From Alphaproteobacteria bacterium (GTDB lineage Bacteria > Pseudomonadota > Alphaproteobacteria > JAAXGF01): a DNA stretch of 64,000 bases. The stretch's first letter is position 1. The number at the start of each line of letters is the position of its first letter. The translations under genes and the position numbers were made by a program. Location of the stretch: contig CAUVXB020000002.1 of NCBI GenBank assembly GCA_963555825.3, positions 832,001 to 896,000 on the forward strand. The letters are read 5' to 3'. Below are positions 19,424 to 29,354 of this stretch, piece after piece. The notes below the pieces were generated by a model. That model had not been told where the DNA came from. It saw only the letters and a program-made list of their open reading frames with translations, and did no database searches.

Positions 19424-21361
19424 ATGCGGCATATCATGCTGTGGGTAATGGTGTTGGTCTTCGGCGTCTGGAGCGCCGTCGCGAGCGCCCAGGTCGAGCC
19501 GGCCGATTCGAACATCAAGGCGGTGATGGGCGACCTCGACCGCTTCGAGAAGCAGGCCGAGGGTATCCAGCCGGGCAAGAAGTCCGCGGTCAAGCGGATC
19601 GAGAAGCTTCTCAAGCTGACCGAGCAACGGCTCGATAATTCGACCAACAAGGACCACGCGTCCTGGGCGGCGGCCAACGACCGGCTGCAGGCGCTCAAGC
19701 AGGCACTGGTCGATCTCGCCGCCGGTAAGACGCCGAGCGCTGCGCCTGCCGCCGCCGAAGCGCCGGCCGAGGCGACCACGACCGAGGCGCCCGCGACGAC
19801 GACCGAGGCGCCGGCGACGACCGAAGCGCCGGCCGAGGCGACGACGACCGAAACCCCGGCCGAGCCCGCCGCGACCGAAACGACGACGACCGAGACGCCC
19901 GCGGCCGCGCCGGCCGATCTCACATCACTTGAGCAGACGCAACTCAGGCGCGTCCAAAAGGAAACCAAACGGGTGGCCGGTGCCATCCAACGCGCCGATC
20001 TCGTCGCGCTTCAGGGCCAAGCCGAGCAAGACCGTCTGCGCGCGATGATCGAGGCGCAGCGTGGCAAGCTCGGCGAACACAGCCGCCAAGACCACCCCGA
20101 CGTCCAGGCCCACGCCGCCGAGATCGACAAGCTCGACGGGCTCTTGGACCAGCGGATCGCGGCCGCCGGCAACGAGCTGACGCCCGAGGAAAGCGAAGCG
20201 GTCGAGGCCGCCGCGGTACGCATCGACAGGGCGTGGAAGGCTGTCAAGAGCGCCAATCCCGGCCTCCTGCAGCCCGAAGGCGAGCCGGCCAAATGGAACG
20301 CCGGCTATGACAGGATCCACAAGCTACACACCGAGCTGCCGAAACAGGATCATCCGAGGGTCAAGGAGATCGGCGGCTGGCTCGCCGAGGTCCGCACCAT
20401 GCTCGACGAGAAGCTCGCCTACGCCGAGAAGCTGACCGCCGAGTACGGCCAGATCCTGGCGCGCTTCGATTCGATCAATGGAAAATACATCGGCAAGAAT
20501 CTGCCCGACCCGCTCGACAAGCCGTTGACCGAGGTAACGACGCGCGTCTGGGTCGAGACCATCGTCGCGGTGATGGGCGATCTCGATACGGACGCCGCCT
20601 GGCTCGATTCGATCAAGCGCCTCAACATCGTCGACAAGCAGAAGCTGTCGAGCGCCATCTTTTGGGTCGGCACCAAGGCCCGGCGCGATCTGCAGAAGAT
20701 GCTCGACGATGCCGCTGGGTTCGTCGAAGGCTGGGCGAAGACGGCCGAGCGTATGGCGGAATTCATCGAGGGGATCGACGTCAACGACCGCAACGACGTC
20801 GCCAACAAGCTGCTCGGCGAGGGCAAGTTCGAGGAGACCGTCGAGGGCCTGCGGAACGGTCTGCACGACATCGCCATGGCCAAGGTCTTCGAGGACGCGC
20901 TCGACCAGGACACGTCGCAGCGCGACGCCCAGCGCGCGCGACACGAGGCGGCGCAGGAGCGCTTCGAGGAGCTCGTCGAGGTCGCGCTCAACGACATCCG
21001 CATGCCGAAGTCGCGCTCCGACGACGACGAGCTCCTGGAGATCGCCGCCGAGGTGCTCAAGGACCCGAAACACGGCGTCAATCCGTACCTACGCATGGTC
21101 GTCAGCTACGACGTCCATCGCAAGGAGAAGCGCGAGGGCTATATCGATCCGGGCACGGTCTACACCACGGTGTCGATCTACCATTACGTTTGGGACGAAT
21201 ACAACGTGACCACCGCCGAGAAGGTCGGCGACAAGTTCTACATGCACGTCAACAAGCTGAAGTACTTCCACAGTGGCGACGCGACGACGCCGACCGGCCG
21301 CTGGATCCTGGCGACGCGCTTCAAGTCGAGCCAGATCCTCGAGGAGAACATCGACGAGTAG
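19424..21361 (+). CDS. Secreted hypothetical protein with a Thr/Glu/Ala/Pro linker
   Basis: Signal peptide ending ASA-Q; repeated ATTTEAP; GGAGG RBS; GC3-rich codon usage. Confidence 0.85.
   Translation: MRHIMLWVMVLVFGVWSAVASAQVEPADSNIKAVMGDLDRFEKQAEGIQPGKKSAVKRIEKLLKLTEQRLDNSTNKDHASWAAANDRLQALKQALVDLAAGKTPSAAPAAAEAPAEATTTEAPATTTEAPATTEAPAEATTTETPAEPAATETTTTETPAAAPADLTSLEQTQLRRVQKETKRVAGAIQRADLVALQGQAEQDRLRAMIEAQRGKLGEHSRQDHPDVQAHAAEIDKLDGLLDQRIAAAGNELTPEESEAVEAAAVRIDRAWKAVKSANPGLLQPEGEPAKWNAGYDRIHKLHTELPKQDHPRVKEIGGWLAEVRTMLDEKLAYAEKLTAEYGQILARFDSINGKYIGKNLPDPLDKPLTEVTTRVWVETIVAVMGDLDTDAAWLDSIKRLNIVDKQKLSSAIFWVGTKARRDLQKMLDDAAGFVEGWAKTAERMAEFIEGIDVNDRNDVANKLLGEGKFEETVEGLRNGLHDIAMAKVFEDALDQDTSQRDAQRARHEAAQERFEELVEVALNDIRMPKSRSDDDELLEIAAEVLKDPKHGVNPYLRMVVSYDVHRKEKREGYIDPGTVYTTVSIYHYVWDEYNVTTAEKVGDKFYMHVNKLKYFHSGDATTPTGRWILATRFKSSQILEENIDE
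19750..19915 (+). repeat. Coding tandem repeats (ATTTEAP-like)
   Basis: Repeated gcgac(c/g)acgaccga(g/a)gcgcc units. Confidence 0.8.
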
Positions 21362-21380
21362 CGACGGCTCGTACCGAGGA

Positions 21381-22283
21381 TCAGATCGTCAGCTCGCCGG
21401 TCAGTACGGTGACGGCGTCGCCGCCGACCTTGACCGTCTCGATGTCGTCGCGCGGGCCGACGACCTCGACGTAGGCGTCGCCCGGCCGCGCGATCCAATG
21501 GCCCTGCTGGGCGGTGAAGCGCGGCGTGTCGATCAGCCCGTAATGCCACAGATAGGCCGCCATGCCGCCGGTCGCCGAGCCGGTGAACGGATCCTCGACG
21601 ATCTCGGGCGGCGCGTCGAAATCGCGCGCGAAGGTGTTGCCGGCCGCCGTCGCGCCTTCGCGGCAGAACAGGTGCAGGCTGGAAAATCCGTGCGCCCGCT
21701 TGAGCGCCGCGAGCGCCGCGATGTCCGGCCACGCGCGGCGCAGCGCGTCGAGGCCGGTGACTGGCACCATGAGCTGCGGCGTCCCGGTGCTGACGATCTG
21801 CAGTGGCACGCCGGCGACCAGGTCAGCCTCCTCGAGGCCGATCGTCGCGAGCACCGTGGGCGTGTCGAGCACCGCCAGGAACTGGGGTTTCATCTGCGAC
21901 ATGGTGACGCGGGTCGCCACCCCGCCGTCCGCCACCACCTCGACCGGAATGACGCCGGCGCCGATCTCGAGCGAGACCGTCGTCGCGCCGCCCGGGAGCG
22001 CGAGCCGTCCGGTCTCGACCAGCGCGTGCAGGGTCGCGACGGTCGGGTGGCCGGCCAGCGGAATCTCGTCGGCGAGCGTGAAATAGCGCGCCCGGACGTC
22101 GGACCGCCGGGGCGTCAGCACGAAGCTGGTCTCGGCCAGGTTCATCTCGCGCGCGATGGCGAGCAGGGTGGCGTCGTCGAGGTCGTCGGCGTCGAACACG
22201 ACGGCGCAGGGGTTGCCCGCGAGCCGGGTCCGCGTGAAGGCGTCGACCTGCATGAACGGGTAGCGCCGCGCCGGCCCACTCAT
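21381..22283 (-). CDS. PhzF family isomerase
   Basis: VDAFT, GNPCAV, EMNLAET, AGHPT and EDPFTGSA motifs. Confidence 0.93.
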   Translation of the reverse strand: MSGPARRYPFMQVDAFTRTRLAGNPCAVVFDADDLDDATLLAIAREMNLAETSFVLTPRRSDVRARYFTLADEIPLAGHPTVATLHALVETGRLALPGGATTVSLEIGAGVIPVEVVADGGVATRVTMSQMKPQFLAVLDTPTVLATIGLEEADLVAGVPLQIVSTGTPQLMVPVTGLDALRRAWPDIAALAALKRAHGFSSLHLFCREGATAAGNTFARDFDAPPEIVEDPFTGSATGGMAAYLWHYGLIDTPRFTAQQGHWIARPGDAYVEVVGPRDDIETVKVGGDAVTVLTGELTI

Positions 22284-22705
22284 TGGGGCTTGGTCGAATT
22301 GGTCGCGCGGCCGACTGCGATGAGGCGGCCCTCATGGGTCTCGACGTCGACGTCGGCCACGGCGATGGTGCGCCCGGCGCGCCGCACGCGCGCCTTGGCG
22401 ATCAAGTCGACGTCGCCCGCCATGCGCAGATAGTCGACCGCGAGATTGATCGTCGGCACGCCGCCGGTGTCGCATTTGATCGCCACGGCGAAGTCGCCGG
22501 CGACGTCGATGAAGGTCGCGATGACGCCGCCGTGGTGGCCGGGCGCCTTGTCCGAGCGCCGGTATTCGGGCGCGAAGGGCAGGCGGAACCGGGCCGTACC
22601 GGCCGCCTTGTCCCAGCTCTCGAGTTCCATGCGCACGACGCTCTCGAAGGGCGTGCGCTTCTGCCAGCCACGCCACAGGCGCTCGGGGTCGATGATCTCG
22701 GTCAT
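22280..22705 (-). CDS. PaaI family hotdog thioesterase
   Basis: HGGVIATFID and TINLAVDYLR motifs; ATG after GAGG. Confidence 0.88.
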   Translation of the reverse strand: MTEIIDPERLWRGWQKRTPFESVVRMELESWDKAAGTARFRLPFAPEYRRSDKAPGHHGGVIATFIDVAGDFAVAIKCDTGGVPTINLAVDYLRMAGDVDLIAKARVRRAGRTIAVADVDVETHEGRLIAVGRATNSTKPQ

Positions 22706-22835
22706 GGCTGCGCGATTACCTCTCCATAATTCGCTCGGGGTTCGGGTTGCGTCTGCCGAAACACCGTCCGTCATGCCGGCCGGAGCATAACGTCCCTGGC
22801 CGGGCGAACATAGCCGGCTGGCGCAATATTTGTTC

Positions 22836-22870
22836 TTGACCATACGATCAATTTTTAATCAAATGATCAA
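22836..22870 (+). promoter_or_regulatory. Tandem RutR/PydR-like operator boxes
   Basis: TTGACCATACGATCAA and TTAATCAAATGATCAA, resembling TTGACCAnnTGGTCAA, upstream of preTA. Confidence 0.7.
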
Positions 22871-22947
22871 AATTTGGCGATGCCAACGGTTCGATCTGCC
22901 GGGTTCGCCAAGGCAACGGGGGCGTGGCTGCGAAAGGGGAGGCTTCG

Positions 22948-24309
22948 ATGGCCAAGGACGCGAACCAACGGGACGTCGCCGCCGGCCGTCTCACGGCCGA
23001 GGACTACACCGCCAACTTCGCCGACCTCCATTCGCCATTGAACCGGCATCAGGCTGTGGTCGAGGCCGAGCGCTGCTACTTCTGCGACGGCGCGCCGTGC
23101 ACGACCGCCTGCCCGACCGGCATCGACATCCCGATGTTCATCCGCCAGATCGCGACGGGCAACCCGCATGGCTCGGCCGAGACGATCTTCAGAGAGAACA
23201 TCATGGGCGGCATGTGCGCGCGGGTCTGCCCGACCGAGACGCTGTGCGAGGCGGTCTGCGTGCGCAACACCGCCGAGGACAAGCCTATCGAGATCGGCCT
23301 GTTGCAGCGCTATGCCACCGACGCGCTGATGGCGACCGGGCGCCAGCCGTTCGAGCGCGGCCCAGCTACCGGCAAACGCATTGCCGTCGTCGGCGCCGGC
23401 CCGGCCGGCCTCGCCTGCGCCCACCGCCTCGCCGTGCGCGGCCACGAGGTCACCATTTACGAGGCCAAGGCGAAGCCCGGCGGGCTCAACGAGTTCGGCA
23501 TCGCCGCCTACAAGACGATCGACGGTTTCGCCCAACGCGAGGTCGAATACATCCTCGGCATCGGCGGCATCGCCGTCGAGTACGGCAAGGCGCTGGGCGA
23601 TGGGGTGACGCTGGCCGGGCTACGCCGCGACTTCGACGCGGTGTTCCTCGGCCTTGGCATGGGCGCGGTCAACGCGCTCGGCCTCGAAGCCGAGGACGCC
23701 GAGGGCGTCGAGGACGCGGTCGCCTACATCGCCGATCTGCGCCAAGCCGACGACTACGCCACGCTGCCGGTCGGCCGCCGCATCGTCGTCGTCGGCGGCG
23801 GCATGACGGCGATCGACATTGCCGCGCAGACCAAGCGGCTCGGCGCCGAGGACGTCACCATCGTCTACCGGCGCGGCCGCGAGAAGATGAACGCGAGCGA
23901 TTACGAGCAGGCGATCGCGCAGACCTCGGGCGTCAAGATCAAGCACGACGCCCAGCCGGTCCGCCTGATCGGCGAGAGCGGCCGCATCGAGGCGATCGAG
24001 TTCGAGTACACGCGCGCGGACGGCGATGGCCGCCTCGAGGGCACCGGCGAACGCTTCACGATTGCCGCCGACGTGGTATTCAAGGCGATCGGGCAGAAAC
24101 TGGTGCCCGAGCCGCTCGAAGGCGACGACGCCGCGCTCGACATGATCGCCGGCCGCATCGCCGTCGACGACCAGCGGCGCAGCTCGCTGGCCGGCGTCTG
24201 GGCCGGTGGCGACTGCGTCGCGGGCGGGGCGGACCTGACGGTCGCCGCGGTCGAGGACGGCAAGATCGCGGCGCATTCGATCGACGACGCCCTGAGCGGC
24301 GCCGGCTGA
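22948..24309 (+). CDS. preT: Dihydropyrimidine dehydrogenase subunit PreT
   Basis: CYFCDGAPCTTACP, GAGPAG and GGGMTAID motifs; directly upstream of preA. Confidence 0.92.
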   Translation: MAKDANQRDVAAGRLTAEDYTANFADLHSPLNRHQAVVEAERCYFCDGAPCTTACPTGIDIPMFIRQIATGNPHGSAETIFRENIMGGMCARVCPTETLCEAVCVRNTAEDKPIEIGLLQRYATDALMATGRQPFERGPATGKRIAVVGAGPAGLACAHRLAVRGHEVTIYEAKAKPGGLNEFGIAAYKTIDGFAQREVEYILGIGGIAVEYGKALGDGVTLAGLRRDFDAVFLGLGMGAVNALGLEAEDAEGVEDAVAYIADLRQADDYATLPVGRRIVVVGGGMTAIDIAAQTKRLGAEDVTIVYRRGREKMNASDYEQAIAQTSGVKIKHDAQPVRLIGESGRIEAIEFEYTRADGDGRLEGTGERFTIAADVVFKAIGQKLVPEPLEGDDAALDMIAGRIAVDDQRRSSLAGVWAGGDCVAGGADLTVAAVEDGKIAAHSIDDALSGAG

Positions 24310-24350
24310 GCCGCCGGCGCCGCGGGGCGCAGACAACGGGAGACCAAGCC

Positions 24351-25655
24351 ATGGCCGATATCCGCAACGACTTCGTCGGTATCAAGTCGCCCAACCCCTT
24401 CTGGTTGGCGTCGGCGCCGCCGACCGACAAGGAATACAACGTGGTGCGCGCCTTCAAGGCGGGTTGGGGCGGCGGCGTCTGGAAGACGCTCGGCGAGGAC
24501 CCGCCGATCGTCAACGTCAACGGGCCGCGCTATGGCGCCATCCATTCGGGCGACCGCCGCGTCATCGGCTTCAACAACGTCGAGCTGATCACCGACCGAC
24601 CGCTCGACGTCAATCTGCGCGAAATCAAGCAGGTCAAGCGTGACTGGCCCGACCGCGCGGTCGTCGTTTCGCTCATGGTGCCCTGCGAGGAGGCGGCCTG
24701 GTAGCGCATGCTGCCGATGGTCGAGGACACCGGCGCCGACGGCATCGAGCTCAATTTCGGCTGCCCCCACGGCATGTCCGAGCGCGGCATGGGCGCCGCG
24801 GTCGGCCAGGTGCCCGAATATGTCGAGATGGTCGCGCGCTGGTGCAAGCAACACTCGCGCATGCCGGTCATCGTCAAACTGACGCCGAACATCACCGACG
24901 TCCGGTTTCCCGCGCGCGGCGCGATGAACGGCGGCGCCGACGCGGTCTCTCTGATCAACACGATCAACTCGATCGTCGGCGTCGACCTCGACCGCATGGC
25001 GCCCGAGCCGAACACCGACGGCAAGGGGACCCACGGCGGCTATTGCGGCGAGGCGGTCAAGCCGATCGCGCTCAGCATGGTCGCCGAGATCGCCCGCGAC
25101 CCGGAGACCAACGGCTTGCCGATCTCGGGTATCGGCGGCATCACCGACTGGCGCGACGCGGTCGAGTTCATGGCGCTCGGCGCCGGCAACGTGCAGGTCT
25201 GCACCGCCGCCATGGTCTATGGCTTCCGCATCGTCGAGGACATGATCGCGGGCCTCGAGGCGTGGATGGACGACAAGGGCTATGCCCGGCTCGACGATTT
25301 CGTCGGGCGCGCCGTGCCGAACGTCACCGACTGGCAGTACCTGAACCTGAACTACGTCGTGAAGGCGCGCATCGACCAGGATATGTGCATCAAATGCGGG
25401 CGCTGCTACATCGCCTGCGAGGACGCCTCGCACCAGTCGATCACGGCGTCGAAGAACGGCGAGCGCTACTTCGACGTCATCGACGAGGAATGCGTCGGCT
25501 GCAACCTGTGCGCCAGCGTCTGCCCGGTCGAGGGCTGCATCTCGATGGTCGAGATGACCGAGGGAGTCGACCCCAGGACCGGCCGGCCGATCGACCGGAG
25601 CTACGCCAACTGGACGACGCATCCCAACAACCCGAACCGCGTCGCCGCCGAGTAG
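24351..25655 (+). pseudogene. preA: Dihydropyrimidine dehydrogenase subunit PreA with an in-frame TAG
   Basis: SPNPFWLASAPPTD, NFGCPHG and two 4Fe-4S motifs in one frame, broken by TAG at 24702-24704. Confidence 0.88.
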
Positions 25656-25671
25656 CGTAGGCCGCACGCTG

Positions 25672-25820
25672 TTGCAGCGACTCGCCGGCGCGGTCATCCC
25701 ATACCGGTTTTTCCTCATGCTGCCCTACGTGCTGAGCATCGTCGCCATGGTCGTCATGCGCGCCGTGCGACCGACCCCAAGGCGCTGCTGGTGCCGTTCC
25801 GCCGCGGCGAGCGGATTTAG
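25672..25820 (+). pseudogene. C-terminal remnant of a nucleoside-type ABC permease
   Basis: IPYRFFLMLPYVLSIVAMVVM, then frameshifted ALLVPFRRGE. Confidence 0.6.
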
Positions 25821-26027
25821 GCGTCGCGCTCATCCGTATTGGCGTCGGCTGGGTGGCGCCCATGTCGGCAATCGGCCGCATAGCGGCCGTCGTTGTGGAA
25901 ACCGCGCGACGTCCAAACATGACCCTGCGCAGGCATCGGGCATCTTGCGTCGGTGCACACAAAGGCGACTGGCGAACCCGTCAACCTAGATTTCCTCGCG
26001 AGTGGCCTTGCTGGCCGCGTCAAGGAT

Positions 26028-26250
26028 ATGAAAATTCCTCGGGTCCGCTGCCACGATCTCGGGCATTAGCACGCGGCACAGTCGCTTGAGGAAAGTGTCG
26101 ATCCGAAGGTTGCCCAGGAGCGGCTGGGGCATACCACGATCGCGCTGCCGTTGGACCTCTACTGACCCGTCATGCCGGGAATGCAAGAGGATGCTGCGGC
26201 GAGGGTAGACAGGGCTCTCAAATCTGCGCTAGGTAGGCGCGCCAAGCATG
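26028..26250 (+). pseudogene. Tyrosine integrase C-terminal remnant
   Basis: RCHDLGH*HAAQ..DPKVAQERLGHTTIALPLDLY*PVMPGMQEDAAARVD: degenerate HxLRH/LGH/Y boxes with two stops. Confidence 0.8.
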
Positions 26251-26335
26251 AAACTCAGACCTCATGCGACCAATTGGTGACCATTTGTTGGCTTTGCGAA
26301 CCTCTCGTTCTGAAAAATCCAACAAATTCAACAGC

Positions 26336-26424
26336 GGAGGGGTGCCGGAGTGGTCGAACGGGGCGGTCTCGAAAACCGTTGTGCGCTTTGCGTACCGTGG
26401 GTTCGAATCCCACCCCCTCCGCCA
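26336..26424 (+). tRNA. tRNA-Ser (anticodon CGA)
   Basis: GGAGGGG/CCCCTCC acceptor stem, CTCGAAA anticodon loop, long variable arm, GTTCGAATC T-loop, GCCA end. Confidence 0.96.
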
Positions 26425-26702
26425 CAACTAAGTAACTGATATTACATTGTTTTTTGAATTCTCGATATCTTGGGAATCTTCGCGTAGTTTCCGAAGGTTA
26501 GGCCGATAACGCAATCCGGTTGTGGCTTTGTGAGACCGGGGAGGTGCCGCAAACGGGCGGCTGACTGCGCCGAAGTCTCTTACGCCAGTTTTGGTGGTGC
26601 CCCAAGTGGCCCGCTGCGGGCACCGTGGAGCCTCCTCCAGTCCGGAATCGTATCGCCTTGCCAGGCTGGCGAGAGGCGTTGGTTCGTTTTCGGAAAGATG
26701 CG

Positions 26703-28454
26703 TCAAGTGATCCCGAGGGCCGAGATCTGGTCCTGCCATGCGCTCGGCAGCTTGGTACGCAGTGAGAGCTGTTTTGCCGTGAGTTCAGGAGGGTGGCGAT
26801 CGTGCAACACCGCCTTCACGACATCCGGGGCGAGAAAGCCGAGCCTGACGATGCGGCTGAAGTAGGAGCGCCCGACACCGGCTTGCCGCGCGAGATCGCT
26901 CATCGTGCGACCTTGGGCTTCGAGCATCATCTCGCGATAGCGATGCGCCTGGGCGAGGAGCCTCAGCATGCTGCGGTCCGGCGTTCCCCGCGACCGGCCG
27001 CCCGCACCGTCAATCAGCAACTTGATCTCCATGCCCGCCCGCTTCAGCTTTGCGGAGACGTTGAGGTCGAGCGTTGGCTCGACATCTGCTGGCGCCTGGT
27101 CGATCCGCATCATCTCGCTGTCGGCAATCACGACCTCCGGGATCCGGCCGGGTCGCACCCGGATCTTCACGCTCTCGCGCCGGACCTCGATCCGCGCGAC
27201 GAGGCTCTGGAAGATCCGACGCTTCTCCGGCGGCTCCAGGTCCGGCCAGCGCCCGACCAGATCCGCAGCCTGCGTGACGATCGATCGCCGCTCATTGATA
27301 TCCTCGACGAAGGACTCGATCGCGTCGAAGACCGCTGCTTCGTCACTTAGGAGACCGGTGATGCGATCCACCACCAATTGCTCGACATCGCCCGCCGGAA
27401 CCCGTCGCCCCGCATCCGACCTTTTTGGCCGCCCGCGTTTGATGAGCGACTGGCTGACATAGTAGCGATAGCGGCGTCCCTTCTTGTTGGCGTGGGTCGG
27501 CGTCATCCGTTCGCCAACATCGTCGTAGATCAGGCCGGCGAGCAGGCTCGGCTCGGCGGCATTGGCGCCGGATTGACGGTCGACTCGATTGGCAGCGAGC
27601 CGCTGCTGGACTTGGTTCCAGAGCGCCTCATCGATGATCGCCGCATGCTTGCCCGGGTAGCTCGTCTCCTTATGGACGATCTCGCCGAGATAGATGCGGT
27701 TCTGCAGCAACAGATAGAGAGCGCCGCGTGCGAGCGGCTTGCCGCCCGTGGTCCGACCGAACCGGTCGACCCGGACCTTGCTGACGACACCGTCGCGGTC
27801 GAGTTCGTCCTTGAGGGCCCGGACCGAACCGAGCGCGGCATAGCGGCGGTAGATGTGCCGGACCGTCTCGGCCTCGTGGCGGTTGACTACCAGCTTCCGG
27901 TCCGCCGCGTCGTAGCCGAGCGGCGGCAGGCCGCCCATCCACATGCCTTTCTTCTTCGAGGCGGCGATCTTGTCGCGAATGCGCTCGCCGGTGACCTCGC
28001 GCTCGAACTGCGCAAAGGACAGCAGCATGTTGAGGGTTAAGCGCCCCATCGACGTGGTCGTGTTGAACTGCTGGGTTACCGAGACGAACGATACACCGCG
28101 TGCGTCGAACACCTCGACGATCTTGGCGAAGTCGCCCAAGGTCCGTGTCAAGCGATCCACCTTGTAGACGACCACGGTGTCGATACGACCAGTCTCGATG
28201 TCGGCCAGAAGCCGCTTGAGCGCCGGGCGCTCCAGGGTCGCACCCGAGATGCCGCCATCGTCGTACATCTCCGGCAGCGCCGTCCAGCCCTCGTGCTTCT
28301 GGCTGAGGATGAAGGCCTCGCAAGCCTCGCGTTGGGCGTCGAGCGAGTTGAAGTCCTGTTCGAGTCCTTCTTCGGAGGATTTGCGGGTATAGACCGCACA
28401 GCGGGTCGACGCCTTGGCACGATTTGTCGTCGCTTTTTTATGCATCGCTGACAT
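26703..28454 (-). CDS. Large serine recombinase
   Basis: YTRKSS, DDGGISG, VYKVDRLTR and FAQFERE motifs; recombinase domain and YRYYVS. Confidence 0.93.
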   Translation of the reverse strand: MSAMHKKATTNRAKASTRCAVYTRKSSEEGLEQDFNSLDAQREACEAFILSQKHEGWTALPEMYDDGGISGATLERPALKRLLADIETGRIDTVVVYKVDRLTRTLGDFAKIVEVFDARGVSFVSVTQQFNTTTSMGRLTLNMLLSFAQFEREVTGERIRDKIAASKKKGMWMGGLPPLGYDAADRKLVVNRHEAETVRHIYRRYAALGSVRALKDELDRDGVVSKVRVDRFGRTTGGKPLARGALYLLLQNRIYLGEIVHKETSYPGKHAAIIDEALWNQVQQRLAANRVDRQSGANAAEPSLLAGLIYDDVGERMTPTHANKKGRRYRYYVSQSLIKRGRPKRSDAGRRVPAGDVEQLVVDRITGLLSDEAAVFDAIESFVEDINERRSIVTQAADLVGRWPDLEPPEKRRIFQSLVARIEVRRESVKIRVRPGRIPEVVIADSEMMRIDQAPADVEPTLDLNVSAKLKRAGMEIKLLIDGAGGRSRGTPDRSMLRLLAQAHRYREMMLEAQGRTMSDLARQAGVGRSYFSRIVRLGFLAPDVVKAVLHDRHPPELTAKQLSLRTKLPSAWQDQISALGIT

Positions 28455-28959
28455 GCAGTGCGGCAGCCTCGGAGCTGCTCATGACGGCCACATCTGCCTT
28501 CGTCTGCAGTCCAAAGAAACGGGGGCCGGACCAGTGCGCCCCACTGATCTCGCGCGCGATCGCCGACAGCGAGCGCCAGCGCTGCCCGCGCCATTGGAAA
28601 CCGTCTTCGAGCACAAGGACGTCATGTGTCGCGCCACGCCATTCGCGGACCAGCTTCGAGCCGGGTTTGAGCGTGACGGCCCGGAATTTTGCGAGGTCGC
28701 CTTTCTCGTCCATCGTCTTCGCCATGTCCGCTAGCCGGCGTTTCATGGCGCTGCTGAGGCCACCGTAGGCCCGCTCCTGCAGCTTCCAGGCGACACCGAG
28801 CTCGAGTAGATGCCGACCGATCCTCTTAGGCGGATGCGCGCGATAGAGCCGCCGCCACTCGGTGCGTAGTTCGACGGCCGCCATCTCCGAGATTGCTGCG
28901 AGCTTGGCGGCCAGATCCGCGGCGGCACCCGTGCGCTTTGTCGATACGTCGCTCGACAT
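28438..28959 (-). CDS. DUF2924 domain protein
   Basis: LRTEWRRLY, LQERAYGGL, LVREWRG and SLSAIAREISGAHWSGPRFFGL motifs. Confidence 0.9.
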   Translation of the reverse strand: MSSDVSTKRTGAAADLAAKLAAISEMAAVELRTEWRRLYRAHPPKRIGRHLLELGVAWKLQERAYGGLSSAMKRRLADMAKTMDEKGDLAKFRAVTLKPGSKLVREWRGATHDVLVLEDGFQWRGQRWRSLSAIAREISGAHWSGPRFFGLQTKADVAVMSSSEAAALHVSDA

Positions 28960-28964
28960 CGCGG

Positions 28965-29163
28965 CTATTTCCCGGCCGCATTCACGCGGTATCGGCTTGC
29001 ACCAGCCTCGACACGGCGCTCGATCTCGTGGCCAGGCTTGCGCAAGCCCGTGAGCGCTGCACGGACGCTGTGCGGCTGCCAGCCGGTAGCGACTGTCATC
29101 TCGGTCATCGCGGCGCCGTCAGGGCGCCTGAGGAGCGTCAGGAGCTGCGCTTGCTTGGTTCCG
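28965..29163 (-). pseudogene. DUF3489 domain gene, 5' end removed at an IS21 end
   Basis: GTKQAQLLTLLRRPDGA..ATGWQPHSVRAALTGLRK; no start codon. Confidence 0.82.
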
Positions 29164-29354
29164 TGTCAATGGCGGAGCAAAAAGGGACCACCTCGGCGGT
29201 GTAAGAAGGGACCGCTTGGCGGCTGCGGGCTTGTCCCCGTAGTCCACGGGAGGGCCCCGCGCGCGACGCGGCGTGCCCTCAACAGGCTGACGCGGCGGCG
29301 CGCGCGGGAGGGACCTGTGGGCCCACGGGGTCAAGCGTGGGCTGGGTGGTCGGT

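Noticed and set aside
22830-24704. 624-aa ORF
   Set aside because: It is an off-frame shadow of preT; only 24351 onward is real (preA).
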